Positions 41,501 through 51,491 of a stretch of DNA of 64,000 nucleotides are shown in pieces. Origin of the DNA: Opitutales bacterium (lineage in GTDB: Bacteria > Verrucomicrobiota > Verrucomicrobiia > Opitutales > UBA2987); assembly GCA_965226885.1 (NCBI GenBank), contig CBDDEL010000015.1:224001-288000 (forward strand). The letters are read 5' to 3'. Positions within the stretch are counted from its first letter, which is position 1, and each line of letters begins with the position of its first letter. A program made the translations under genes and the position numbers. The notes below the pieces were generated by a model, which did not search any database, was not told the DNA's origin, and saw only the letters and a program-made list of their open reading frames with translations.

Positions 41501-41595
41501 CCACCGTTCTGGTTTTGGGAATTGTCCCGGTTCTCTATGCGCTCCTTTTCCGCGTTTCTTTCAAAGGTTACCGCAAAGCGGATGAGGAAAACTGA
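38503..41595 (+). CDS. RND (AcrB/AcrD/AcrF-family) efflux permease
   Basis: 1030 aa. YPGASAE..E, GIVVNNAIILID and RMRPILLTT motifs. Two large periplasmic loops. Confidence 0.93.
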   Translation: MKLTEIAIKENRLTLTLAVFVVLGGLIALFNLPRSEDPKIPFRFALVTTIYPGASAERMENLVSRKIEEAVKEVPEVEFVNSLSRRNASGVLIKLKDDYKDLRPIWDRLRRKIERVGNDFPDGVRGPFFNDEYGEVFGIIVTISSRNLHYREIKNAIDALHQRLLGLSQVSKVIELGQREERITITYDDAEMAEAGLSPFHFKSYLEAQNVIAPGGGLLEGRKRIATEPASDLENLSDIENLYVAFPEDEDAFSLGELVDVTSGFKDPPDSLLRSSGVPAIGLGISLREGGNIEKLGRQVQMAVDDFSSSTIEGLQFDYVAFEPERVKKRINRFFINLLQSLLIVGIILMVTLGLRTGSVVASMMPLAVLAALCVMLAVGLNINLVALAAFIVVLGIMVDTHIVISERIMVLRGQGMSALDAATTTTSELYPPLLTATFTTVAGFLPIYVANSTGGEYVTPLFTIVMITLFCSTFFAFTITPALSIKFFKVNPDGHKPLTEKPIYKVYHKILLFLLPRPFLVLTTLAVVFSLSIYGFRFIPTIFFPASDRPIFTVDLEFPAGTVIEQTEQAAAKIDQFVRENLLVEQNDGVGITNWVSFIGRNAPRFILNHRTREYNPEYAYFIFNITSTDDFTWLRSKLDAFCAENMADGQYRIRRIEAGPAVGFPIRVHISGENQEGMFAIAEEIQEEMGKLPGVFNINNNWGAPIKKYRVVIEEEAAGLAGVTHGEIAMALQTYLTGIPVTEIQQGKDSIPIIIQSSVQGADALEKINALQVYSSIYKRSVPLNEVAAMVEVYESANIMRREFRRTVTVRADVEPGLNPKKVDRALEKFMEQKKPQWADAFYVRLGGEGTESAKANLSILKNVHWAFFIILLLLVKQTRSFRRSFIIMSAVPMGIIGVVFGLLVTRQPFGFTTLIGIVSLTGIVVNNAIILIDRIRINTGKGELCAQECIVEAALDRMRPILLTTITTVGGIMPLYLRGNPTWQGMAVAIIFGLLFATVLVLGIVPVLYALLFRVSFKGYRKADEEN

Positions 41596-41625
41596 TTGCG
41601 CAAAAAAACCCTTTCGATTCGAGCC

Positions 41626-41970
41626 ATGAACGTAATTCTCTACCACAACCCGAGATGCAGCAAATCCCACCAAACCCTGGCGTTGCTGCATGAAAATGGC
41701 GTGCAGCCGGAAATTATCGAATATTTGAAAACCCCGCCGAATGTCGAAGAACTGGAAGACCTATTGGTCAAACTAGGTCTCGAACCGAAAAACATAGTGC
41801 GGCCCGCCGAAGCCAAAGAAGCCGGAATCAACCAACTGGACGGCAAATCCCTTTTGGCCGCGCTGGCCGAGAACCCCGGGGCATTGCAGCGGCCCATCGC
41901 GGTATGCGGCCACAGGGCCGTCATCGGGCGGCCTCCGGAAAACGTCCTCACCCTTTTATCGGCCCGATGA
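41626..41970 (+). CDS. arsC: ArsC-family (glutaredoxin-type) arsenate reductase-like protein
   Basis: [21 protein letters not shown] and IGRPPE motifs. Confidence 0.85.
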   Translation: MNVILYHNPRCSKSHQTLALLHENGVQPEIIEYLKTPPNVEELEDLLVKLGLEPKNIVRPAEAKEAGINQLDGKSLLAALAENPGALQRPIAVCGHRAVIGRPPENVLTLLSAR

Positions 41971-42782
41971 AATCCCGCTGGCAACTGGAGGGCAAAAATG
42001 CCTTGATAACAGGCGGCACGAGGGGCATTGGCCGGGCTATCGCGGAGGAATTTGTCTCTTTGGGAGCCAAAGTTTGCCTGGTCGCCAGGAACATCGATCC
42101 GGCCCATGAATTGGTTGAAAGATGGAATCGGGAAGGTTGCGAGGCCATCGCCATACAGGCCGATTTGAGCCGGGCGGAAGACCGTCAAACGCTTTGCGCG
42201 GAATTGGCAAAAAAATGGTCCCGGCTGGATATTTTAATCAACAACAGCGGCATAAACATCCGCAAGGCCGCGGTTGATTATTCACTTGAGGAATATTACA
42301 AAATTATCGATACGAACCTGACTTCCGCCTTCGATCTTTGCCGGCTCCTCCACCCCATGCTGAAAAAATCGAAAGAGGGCAGTGTGGTCAACATCGCCTC
42401 GGTGGCCGGCCTTTTCCATGTGCGCAGCGGCGCCCCTTACGGAATGAGCAAAGCCGCCATGACCCAACTGACCCGCAACCTGGCGGTGGAATGGGCCCAG
42501 GATGGCATCCGCGTAAATGCCGTGGCGCCTTGGTATATTAAAACGCCCCTCGTCAAAGCGCTCCTGGAAGATCCTGAATTCATCAACCCCGTTTTGGAGC
42601 GCACCCCTCTGGGCCGGGTCGGCGAACCCCGAGAGGTTGCCGCGGTTGCGGCTTTTCTCTGTATGCCGGCCTCATCCTACATCACCGGACAATGCCTGGT
42701 GGTGGATGGGGGAACCACCGTTTGTGCTTTTCATCCACAATGGGAAAATATCCTGCAACCAGGTCCACCTTCTGCGGTATGA
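41967..42782 (+). CDS. SDR oxidoreductase (tropinone-reductase-like)
   Basis: [17 protein letters not shown] and NAVAPWYI.T motifs. ATGA overlap with arsC. Confidence 0.9.
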   Translation: MKSRWQLEGKNALITGGTRGIGRAIAEEFVSLGAKVCLVARNIDPAHELVERWNREGCEAIAIQADLSRAEDRQTLCAELAKKWSRLDILINNSGINIRKAAVDYSLEEYYKIIDTNLTSAFDLCRLLHPMLKKSKEGSVVNIASVAGLFHVRSGAPYGMSKAAMTQLTRNLAVEWAQDGIRVNAVAPWYIKTPLVKALLEDPEFINPVLERTPLGRVGEPREVAAVAAFLCMPASSYITGQCLVVDGGTTVCAFHPQWENILQPGPPSAV

Positions 42783-43378
42783 CTGCGGCATTCGATCCCC
42801 AACCCATCATTCTGGAAAGGAAGCACGCCCGCCTCGAACCATTGGATTTCAGCCACGCCGAAAATCTCTTTGCCAATGGTCGGGAACCGGGATTGTGGGC
42901 TTTATTGGTAAGAGAGAAATTCGAGTCCATAAGCGATGCTCAAAAATGGGTTGAGGAAGCCCTCGAAACCGCGCAAACGGGCTTGGAAATACCCTTCGCC
43001 ATCATTGACAGAAAGTCAGGCCGCGCTGCCGGTTCAACCCGTTACATGGACATTTCAAAACACTTGAGAGCCCTGGAAATAGGTTGGACCTGGCTGGGTA
43101 AAGACTATCGGCGCACGGCCCTGAACACGGAATGCAAATACCTGCTGCTTGAAAACGCTTTTGAAAACTGGGGCACATCCCGTTTGAGTTTCAAAACTGA
43201 TGGGGAAAATTTGCGCTCACAAACCGCCATCGAACGGATCGGCGCCCAGCGCGAGGGCGTTCGCCGCAAACACCGTATCCGCTGGGACGGCTCAATCCAG
43301 GACTCGGTTTACTACAGCATCATCGACACCGAATGGCCCAAAGTAAAAAAGCGCCTGCAAGCGATGATGAAACCGTGA
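42779..43378 (+). CDS. RimJ/RimL-family GNAT N-acetyltransferase
   Basis: [21 protein letters not shown] and N.RSQ.AIERIGA..EG motifs. Confidence 0.9.
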   Translation: MTAAFDPQPIILERKHARLEPLDFSHAENLFANGREPGLWALLVREKFESISDAQKWVEEALETAQTGLEIPFAIIDRKSGRAAGSTRYMDISKHLRALEIGWTWLGKDYRRTALNTECKYLLLENAFENWGTSRLSFKTDGENLRSQTAIERIGAQREGVRRKHRIRWDGSIQDSVYYSIIDTEWPKVKKRLQAMMKP

Positions 43379-43409
43379 TTGCTCCCTAGAATACAGGCAT
43401 TGCCGATTT

Positions 43410-43443
43410 GCACCTTGACACCATAGCACCATTACACCATTTT
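43410..43443 (+). promoter_or_regulatory. Putative vapBC promoter with 4 x CACC operator array
   Basis: GCACCTTG ACACCATA GCACCATT ACACCATT (8-bp period) overlapping TTGACA at 43415-43420. Confidence 0.55.
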
Positions 43444-43449
43444 AGCGTT

Positions 43450-43677
43450 ATGAGATTATCGGTAAATCTTGAGCCGGATTTATATGCGCTGGCCAAGTCC
43501 CTTGCGAAATCCGAGGATTGCAGCCTGAGCGCCGCTCTCAATCGTCTGGTCCGGCGGGGTTTGCAACGACCGGCTAGCAGCGGGCAAGAGGGCAAGAGGA
43601 ACGGACTTCCCGTTTCGCGGGGAACGATACCTATCACAGCCGATCTTGTCCGGAAAATCGTATCGGAGGGACAATGA
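43450..43677 (+). CDS. vapB: RHH/CopG-type VapB antitoxin
   Basis: MRLSVNLEPDLY..AK.LA......LS.....L.R.GL...RNGLPV. ATGA overlap with the PIN gene. Confidence 0.8.
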   Translation: MRLSVNLEPDLYALAKSLAKSEDCSLSAALNRLVRRGLQRPASSGQEGKRNGLPVSRGTIPITADLVRKIVSEGQ

Positions 43678-44078
43678 CCTGACTGTTGGACGGCAATTTA
43701 TTGGTGGCATTGGTTATCGACAGTCATATACACCATGAGCGTGCCCATCACTGGTTCGCCGATCTGGGCCGGAATCGGTTCGCCACTTGCCTTGTCACCG
43801 AGGGAACGCTGCTGCGAGTGCATATGCAAACCGCAGAAGATGGCTCTGCGGCATCGACCTGGAACAAATTAAAGCAAGTCTGTGCGCATCCGGCCCATGA
43901 ATGGTGGGGCAATGCCTTCAGTTATGTCGATGTTCCTCATCGCAACCTGCAAGGGTCCGCTCAAGTCACCGACGCCTGGCTGGCGGAATTGACACGCCGG
44001 AGAGAGGGTAAGCTGGCCACCCTTGATTCAGCCCTGGCGATGTTGCACGCTGACGTGGCTGAGTTGCTTCCCTTATAA
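43674..44078 (+). pseudogene. vapC: VapC PIN-domain toxin with nonsense codon at position 3
   Basis: ATG ACC TGA CTG TTG GAC GGC AAT (MT*LLDGN). H..H..A..WF, TE..LLR, QVTDAWL and LATLD motifs. Confidence 0.8.
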
Positions 44079-44144
44079 TTGTCTTTTTTAAAACGCCTGG
44101 AGGATAAAAAAGAAAACCTCATCAAACCAAGCTCGCCACTGGAT

Positions 44145-44471
44145 TTAATTGTCTTCGGAGGGAGCTTTGGGAAGTGTGAAAATTGTTGAGCGCGTTAGTT
44201 TTCCCTGATACATGAAACCGGAGTGGTACTCGCCAATGCGGGCCTTGTCATGGATAAAATCAAATATTTCGTCTGCCCTGTCGCTCTCTACAACAATGGT
44301 AATAATGTCCACCTCAAGACGGCCTCGTTTGCCTCCGCCTCTACCGCCGGCGACATTTGCGCTAGATATGTTTTTTTCGTCCTTCAGTGTCTTGATTATC
44401 TGGAGGCCCTCTCCCTTGGTAATAATGCAGGTAATTAACCTGCTGTTTTCATTGGTCTGTATATTAGCCAT
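44145..44471 (-). CDS. PII-like protein (divergent)
   Basis: LITCII.KG, GGRGGG, E.DIITIVV....ADEIF and GFMY: GlnB-like pattern. Confidence 0.75.
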   Translation of the reverse strand: MANIQTNENSRLITCIITKGEGLQIIKTLKDEKNISSANVAGGRGGGKRGRLEVDIITIVVESDRADEIFDFIHDKARIGEYHSGFMYQGKLTRSTIFTLPKAPSEDN

Positions 44472-44473
44472 GT

Positions 44474-44854
44474 CTAAGACTCTTCCCCAGCTTTAGAAGC
44501 GGACAGTTTTTTGAGAATTTCAGGCGGAATATAAGTGGCTACTTTTTCCAGAGGAGTAATATACATAATTCCCATTCCGGGAGTGTCTAAATTGCCGGCC
44601 AGATAAACTTTCTCAAATATACTGTCCACCTGATCGCTGGAAACAACTATTGAGATCACCTCTTTTTCCACTTCGACGGCCACGCCAAGAATTCCCAATC
44701 TTTCGCGAATGCCCTCGCCCCTTGCAAAATGGACTGTGGCCCCTTGGGCGCCGGCTTCACGGGCCGTCTTTATAATGATGTCGGCAAGATCACGCTGAAC
44801 TATGCAGGTGATCAAAGCCCCGTTCGTTAATACTGTAATGTCTCTTTTATTCAT
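44474..44854 (-). CDS. PII-family regulator
   Basis: AREAGAQGAT...ARGEG, EKEVI.IVV and LDTPGMGIMY motifs. Confidence 0.88.
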   Translation of the reverse strand: MNKRDITVLTNGALITCIVQRDLADIIIKTAREAGAQGATVHFARGEGIRERLGILGVAVEVEKEVISIVVSSDQVDSIFEKVYLAGNLDTPGMGIMYITPLEKVATYIPPEILKKLSASKAGEES

Positions 44855-46452
44855 ACCACAGCGCTCTCCAATTCTTCAAGTTCACGAATGTCCGCCTTTT
44901 CAATCCGTTTAATTTTAAATTGTATCCAGAGCCCCACGCAAAGCACTGAAAGTATAGGGCAAATGGAGGCCATAGACAATATTCCGAACCCTTCAACGGC
45001 CTTCACGGCGGTCCCAAATCCCAATCCCATGGCCAACACCAGAGGAACGGTGACAGGCCCGGTGGTTACACCGGCGCTGTCCCAGGCCACATTGACAAAC
45101 TCTTCGGAGGACAGTGCGGTCAATACAATGGCAAGCAGGTAAAGGGGTATAAGCAATGCGGCGATCGGAACGTCGTAAATAATTTTAAGCACGCCTATGG
45201 TAATGCCTGTGCCGACCCCTACGGATACGGCATACATAAGCGTTCTTTTTTTGAAAACGCCGTTGGTCAAGTTTTCCACCGTCATACCCAGCGCATTTAG
45301 AGCGGGCTCGGCCAGGGTGGCTCCAAAACCGAGAATCCAGGCAAAAATCATGGCGATGCCAATGCCCACTTTGTAAATGTAAAGGGGAGAGTTTTGGATG
45401 GTATCAATTTCGACAAAGGCCGCTGGAATCAGGCTGCCGGATTGACCGCCGAGCTTTGCCAGGCCGTAGCTTAGGCCCACGTTGAACATCATCATTCCAA
45501 GCAATGCCAGGGCCAGCCCGTAAATCACGATCCCCGCATCATGTATTTTTTCTCGAAGGACAAACTTCAAAACAAGATAGAGAAAAAGGACCAGCGGGGC
45601 TATGGCCCGAAACCCCGCAATAATTTCAGGGTAAGGTGTTTTCTCGTGCCAGGCGACACTTGTTCCGACAACGGCAGCGGCGGAAGACTGTGCAGCCTCG
45701 ATAATCATCGCAGGCATCTGTGTAAAGGATACGAATATGGCAAGAACCATGACGCCGACAATCGGAAATATGGAGGCAAGAGTGACAATGCCAAAGCCGG
45801 ACAGCGAGGAATTGCCCTTTCCAGCAGCCGCGGAAATGCCTATCCCCAACGAGAGGACCAAAGGTACGGTTATGGGCCCTGTGGTAACTGCCCCACAATC
45901 CCAGGCAAGCCCGATGATATCTTTCAGGTTGGAGTCGAGCATGCAATAAATAGTCAATCCAAGCCCCGGAACAAGGGCCATGTAAACCATCGGCTTAAGG
46001 CTCCAGCCATTTAGAAATCGCAAGGTCCCCAGCACGGCTGCAAGGCCGACACCCGTGCCTATCACGAGGACAAGAATGCCCGTCCAGTCATTGAGCAATG
46101 TGTATAGATAGGGCGCCTTCTGGACATCCACAATGGATCCCACAGCCTGTAGCGCCCCTATGGCAGGCTCGGCAAAAGTGACCCCGATTCCTAAAAGAAA
46201 AGCGATAAAAAGCACCACGCCCAGTTTCGATTTTTTCGGAAGATTATTTCCAATGATCTCCCCGAAAGGCATTAGGCCAAGTTTCAGGCCCTCCATGAAA
46301 ACCATCAGCCCCAGCAAAACGGCGAACATCCCTCCGGTGATTATCCAATGCTCAGCCACCGATTGCTTTAAAATTAAAACCTGAAACAACATCAGGTAAG
46401 CCGCCAGCGGGACCACCGCTTTAACCTGGTTGATAAACCTTACGCTAACATA

Positions 46453-48263
46453 GAGGCTGTCCCAAAAATATAAAGATTTTATAGTCAACTGGATGACGTT
46501 GATAAAAAGAGCCGGAAAGAGCAAGTTTTTGCTCGATCCGGCCAAAAAAGGGTTCTATAATTGAGTTAGCGAAAATCAATATAGCCCTTTCTATGTCTAT
46601 GAAAAATATAGCCATCCAATGCCTCCTGCGTCCAGCTTTAACTGTGGTCGACCGGTGCCTCGATTACGATAACTTCCGCGCCACCATTGATCGAATCGAT
46701 CGGCTGCTGATCGACTCGGAGGTGGAATCGCAGGCCTTGGAGGGGTGGCCGCCAATGGGTCTAAAGGCCCGGCGGCAGCGGGCCAGTTTTGCCATCAAGG
46801 CACTGCGCATGGATACGCTGGGCCGTCTGCTCGGAGGGATTTCGTTTCGGCATTTGTCGCGGGCTCTGGGCAGCAGCGATCTGTTGGCCGACTTTTGCCG
46901 TGTCCGGCAGATCGATGGCATCAGGGGCATCTCCAAAAGCACCCTGGAGCGGGCCTCGAAGTTTTTCAGCGAAGAGCAGTTGAGGGCCTTGCACCGGACC
47001 TTGACTGAGGTGGTGGGCGATGCCCTTCTGGCCCGGCAGGTGGGATTGGACAAGCCGATTGACACCACCTTTTGCCTGATCGACGGCACCTGTTTGGAGG
47101 CTAACATTCATTGGCCGACGGACTGGGTATTACTCAAGGATGTAGCCGGCACGTTGCTCAAAGCGATCCGGCTGATCCGCGAGAAGGCCGGTTTGCGCCA
47201 TCGCATGCCGATCGAACCGGAGCCCTTGGCTCGGCAGATGAATCGGCTGTGCATACAGATGACCCACAGCCGGCGGCGAAAGGACAGCGCGCGGCAGCGC
47301 AAGGGTATCTTGAGGCAGATGAAAAAGCTGCTCAAACGGATCGGGGAGCATGCCCGCAGTCACCGGGAATTATTGCAAGCCTGCTGGGAGCAAAGCGATT
47401 ACAGCGAAAAACAGGTCCAACAGATCCTCGCCCGGATGGAGCGCATGAGCGAGCAAATCCCGGTGGTCATCAAACAGGCGCACGAGCGGATCATTGGCGG
47501 CCGCCAGGTGAAAAACGCAGAGAAAGTCTTGAGTGTTTACGAACTCGATGGGCAGGTGATTGTGCGAGGTAAAGCGGGCCAAGAGGTCGAGTTCGGCAAC
47601 ACCCTGTTTTTGGGAGAAAGCGTTGAAGGGTACCTGCTGGACTGGAAACTCTACGGCAGCCGAACTCCAAGCGAAAATGAACAAATGCAAGAGAGTTTGC
47701 AAAGACAGAACCGCTTCAACCTGGAAGAACCCATAGCGGCCATGTGCGCGGACCGGGGATTTGCCTCCCAGCGGGCCCGCTGGGAGTTAGCCCAGGAGGG
47801 AATCTACGACGCGCTCTGTCCACGCGATCCGAAGCAGTTGAAAAAACGGATGGAGGAACCACTGTTCAGACAATTGCAAAAGCGCCGGGCCAGCACCGAA
47901 GGGCGGATCGGGGTATTGAAGAATCGCTGGCAGGCCGGGCGGTTGCGCAGCAAAGGCTTTGCCAACCGCTCGATCAGCGTAGCCTGGTCGGTACTCTCGC
48001 ACAACCTATGGAAAGTAGCCAAGATGCTGGCCCAGCAAGACGAACTAAAAACCAAAGCGGCGGCCTAGAGAGCGGAAAAGCAAGGACAATACTTTTTCAC
48101 AGCCTTACTGTCGGCTCATACAAAGAAAACCAGGCAACCGGACCCCAAAACCAGTATCCTAACGTCATAGGAGAGCAAAGTTGATACTCTCCCAAATGCA
48201 AATACCTCTAAAATGAGCGCCTATCAAAAGCCCTCGCAAAAATCACCCTTTTGGGACAGCCTC
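46453..48263 (+). mobile_element. IS5/ISNCY-like insertion sequence, copy 2 (1811 bp)
   Basis: Same IRs as copy 1. 7-bp duplication TAACATA at 46446-46452 and 48264-48270. Confidence 0.93.
46593..48068 (+). CDS. DDE transposase, near-identical to 7688..9169
   Basis: Lacks IELA (12-nt deletion), has a 6-nt TCTATG duplication at the start, and a few substitutions. Confidence 0.9.
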   Translation: MSMKNIAIQCLLRPALTVVDRCLDYDNFRATIDRIDRLLIDSEVESQALEGWPPMGLKARRQRASFAIKALRMDTLGRLLGGISFRHLSRALGSSDLLADFCRVRQIDGIRGISKSTLERASKFFSEEQLRALHRTLTEVVGDALLARQVGLDKPIDTTFCLIDGTCLEANIHWPTDWVLLKDVAGTLLKAIRLIREKAGLRHRMPIEPEPLARQMNRLCIQMTHSRRRKDSARQRKGILRQMKKLLKRIGEHARSHRELLQACWEQSDYSEKQVQQILARMERMSEQIPVVIKQAHERIIGGRQVKNAEKVLSVYELDGQVIVRGKAGQEVEFGNTLFLGESVEGYLLDWKLYGSRTPSENEQMQESLQRQNRFNLEEPIAAMCADRGFASQRARWELAQEGIYDALCPRDPKQLKKRMEEPLFRQLQKRRASTEGRIGVLKNRWQAGRLRSKGFANRSISVAWSVLSHNLWKVAKMLAQQDELKTKAAA

Positions 48264-48501
48264 TAACATAAGGAGTAAGCAGCCGGTGCACATCAATGGC
48301 CCGCAACTTGATTTTTGGCGGGGTATAAGGCTTTTCCTGGCCTTCCGCGTCAAATTGCGGTTTTGGCGTCAGGTCGTTGTAGTCCAGGTATTGCTGCTGA
48401 ATGTTCGATTCACGGATGAATTCTGAAAACTTTATTTCTTTGGCCATAAAGAGCTTACCCTGACAAAGTTAATCAAAATTCCAATTCCTAATGTAAAGCC
48501 T

Positions 48502-48537
48502 TTTGAGAGAAATAACAAATTTGAGAGAAATAACAGA
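48502..48537. repeat. 18-bp tandem duplication TTTGAGAGAAATAACA(A/G)A x2
   Basis: Read directly; one mismatch. Confidence 0.9.
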
Positions 48538-48915
48538 TGCTATATGACGATTTGGGGCTTCCTTCAGTTCAGTAGAGGTATCAGACTGGAACCGCCGTGT
48601 TGCAGGAATCAAAAGCAAGCTTTTGGGCGGCAAAGCGAACAACAGGAAATACTTTACCATCCTCAATGAAAAGCAAGCCAATTCGTTTTCCATCTTTGTC
48701 ACGATAATAGAACCTGTCTCAAATTCGATGATGTTTGTAGCGCCACGGTGGCAGATGCCAGGCGGCTTCGCGCCCAGATGGGCTGGGGCTCCCTCGGGCA
48801 CGAACCATTGCCGATCCGATCTATTATAATTTTACACTTGAAAAGTCTGCCAACCTCCCTTCAATGGCAACCTCAACGGCAGCCGCCAGAGCCACCGGCA
48901 TGGCCAAAGCCACCG

Positions 48916-48994
<79 letters not shown>

Positions 48995-49019
48995 TTTTAG
49001 CTCTTTGATCATCAATGAG

Positions 49020-49065
49020 TTTTTGTATTCTCGAAATAATACTTTTTGTATTCTCGAAATAATAC
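49020..49065. repeat. 23-bp tandem duplication TTTTTGTATTCTCGAAATAATAC x2
   Basis: Read directly; 25 nt downstream of tRNA-Val. Confidence 0.95.
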
Positions 49066-49246
49066 CTTTGAGTATTTAATTCGACAAGGAGCATATCCAT
49101 CTTGCATTTCCCTTAATTTTAGGGCAAAATGTTTTTTACTCATATTTCCTATTTCATCATAAGATAATTAGCTTGAAATAATCGCTCGATGTTGTTAATA
49201 ATAAGTTACTTAAATATACATATAGCGAGCAAATTCTTAAAATCCA

Positions 49247-50100
49247 ATGGGTGACGCAAAAAAGAGCAGTTTTCGGTTTCAATTCAACCGCCGAATCAAG
49301 TTGGGGTTCCACGGTGCGAAGGTTATAAGTGATGCAGGATTGTTGCTCTACCGGAAATTCGATGAAGTTTCGGGCTGACTGCGATTGGAAGCGAAAATGT
49401 CCTGGATGAGCGCACAGGCAAAAAAATTCAGCATGGCAGAGCCACTTTGAAACACAGATGTTAACCAAACCTGCGAATATGACTGCACAGACGGGCATGA
49501 GCGGTCAATGGTTAGATCAGGTGAATAGGCGAGTTGGGATGAAAAAACTGATTTTCGATATGGATAGTTCGGAGAGCCCGACTTACGGGAAGCAGGAAGG
49601 CTCGGCCTTCAACGGCCATTTCGGGTGCACCTGCTACCATCCCCTGTTCTGATTCAACCAGTTTGGCGATCAGGAACGGGCCAACCTGCTGGAAGGTAAC
49701 GTGCACAGTCCCGACGATTAGTTGTCGGTGCACCAACCGATCATTGCCCACTATCGCGAGTGTCGTTTGAACCGACTGTTCCGTGGTAACGTCGCCTTCG
49801 CTAATACAGGCCTCTACAGTTACCATGAGGAAGAGAATATTTCCTACCCCATCCGACTACAGAGCAACGCGATATTACAAAAACATATCGCCCCTTTACT
49901 CACTCGCCCGGTGGGGCGACCCTCGCGGGCACCCAAAGTGTTTTATGCGAGCTTTCAGTATCAAGCCGTCAGTTGGGAGAGAGTTCGCTGGGTGGTGGCC
50001 AAGGTCGAGTGGCACGCCGGAGAGTTATTTGCGCGGGTCGGTTTCATCGTGACAAATCTGAACTGGCCACCCAAGAAGGTAGCGAAATTTTACAGCCATC
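49247..50100 (+). pseudogene. Decayed IS1380-family transposase
   Basis: MGDAKK...FHGAKVISDAGLL, DMDSSESPTYGKQEG..NGHF.CTCYHPLF*, VVAKVEWH.GELF.RVGFIVTNL. Stops at ~49650 (TGA) and ~49719 (TAG), plus an internal deletion. Confidence 0.88.
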
Positions 50101-50165
50101 TGTTTTCTAATCTATCAATGTTATTTTAACAAATTCATAACATGCTTATAAACATCAAGTTGAGT

Positions 50166-50241
50166 TGGTGGAGCCGATCGGGATCGAACCGACGACCTCT
50201 TGCATGCCATGCAAGCGCTCTTCCAACTGAGCTACGGCCCC
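50166..50241 (-). tRNA. tRNA-Ala(GGC)
   Basis: Minus strand GGGGCCGTAGCTCAG...CTTGCATGGCATGCAAG...GGTTCGATCC...CGGCTCCACCA. Confidence 0.96.
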
Positions 50242-50390
50242 AAAAATGATGGATAAGAGAAAGGAAAGGCGGAATTGAAGGAAATTTGCCTCTCGGGTCA
50301 ATGTCAAATAATACCCGCTTGTTTGAGAATCCCGTTCAGACGTTTAAGCAGCTTTCCATTCTAATTATACGAGTGTGTATGCTTCTTCCT

Positions 50391-51422
50391 TCATTTCCCG
50401 ACCTGCTCGGCGGTTTTCCACTCCAGGATGGATACTACGCTTTCCCGTCCGTTTTCACGGGCATAATCGATGGCGGATTTTCCATCCTTGTCGGTGAGAT
50501 GGATGTGAGCCCCATATTCGAGCAGTTTTTTGACCATTAGGGATTCTCCGGCCCTGGCTGCGTAGAGCAAAGCGGAACGCCCTTTCTTGTCCGCCATGTT
50601 GGGGTCCGCTCCAGCTTTCAATAGATAATTGATTTTATTAAAATTTGCCTCCCGAACTTGATCGATCAAAGTGGTGGCGCCCATGACATCCCTGGCATTG
50701 ATATCGGCGCCTTTTTCGAAAGCGGCGACAAAGATTTCCGGGTTTCCCCCTCAAGCGGCCGAGTGGGCCACGGTCCAGCCTTTATTATCCACCGCCCTTG
50801 GATTGCCACGGAAGGTGAGCACGGTTGAGAAAATATCCGCATTGCCACCCTCGGCCGCGGCCATGAGGACTGTGTAGCCGGATGCATCGGCAGTGTTTAG
50901 ATTCAAGCCTTTTCTGCGAACGATTTCAAATATTCTATTGTTTCCACCGACCGCCGCGGCCATGACGAGAGAATATCCGGTTTTATCAACCGGTCTTCCG
51001 TATCCAGCCTGGGCCAACACTTTATCAAATACTCTTTGATTTCCTCCCGAAGCGGCAGCCATCAAGGTGGAATAGCCTTTTTCTGTGCGCGCCCTGGGAT
51101 CGGCACCCTTTTTCAGGAGGATCGAAAATATCTTTTGATTACCGCGAGCGGCCGCTTCCATCAAAACCGACCAGCTTTCCTCGTTCATGGCCCTGGGATC
51201 GGCACCCCCAAAAATAAGGAAATTAACGGCGGTCGCATCCTGTTTTTTGACAGCCAGCCATAAATTAGCATTAATGGTAAACTGCTGGGAGTTCTCGATG
51301 ATGGCTTCCAGCGGCGTCCTCAACAAGCCCAGGAGGAAAAATGGCATGATGAGGGCAGGGCAAATGCGATAGGCTTTTTTCGTGGGCTCTTTTGGAGGAA
51401 AGGTTGTTAGGGCGGAACTCAT
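50391..51422 (-). pseudogene. Ankyrin-repeat protein with a single in-frame TGA at 50751-50753
   Basis: Repeated G.T.LMAAA.GGN...GADP units. Frame continues HSAA*GGNPEIF...GADINARD into ORF 50391..50684. Confidence 0.85.
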
Positions 51423-51491
51423 GGCATTTTGTCGCGCATACTACTAACCGGAGCTTGCCATGACAACCCCCTTTACAACTAATATGACAAA

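Larger units (their letters stand above)
44851..48447 (-). pseudogene. DUF1538-family membrane protein (two repeats) interrupted by IS copy 2
   Basis: Twice T.AEPA and WD.(G/A).VTTGP.TVPLVL. 5' part MAKEIKF...LLTPYV (48447-48264) joins in frame to SVRFINQVK (<46452) when the IS and one TAACATA are removed. Confidence 0.9.

Noticed and set aside
7548..48263. Composite transposon of two direct IS copies carrying the PKS-NRPS
   Set aside because: Each copy has its own intact target duplication inside a different gene, so they are independent insertions. The enclosed DNA includes housekeeping genes.
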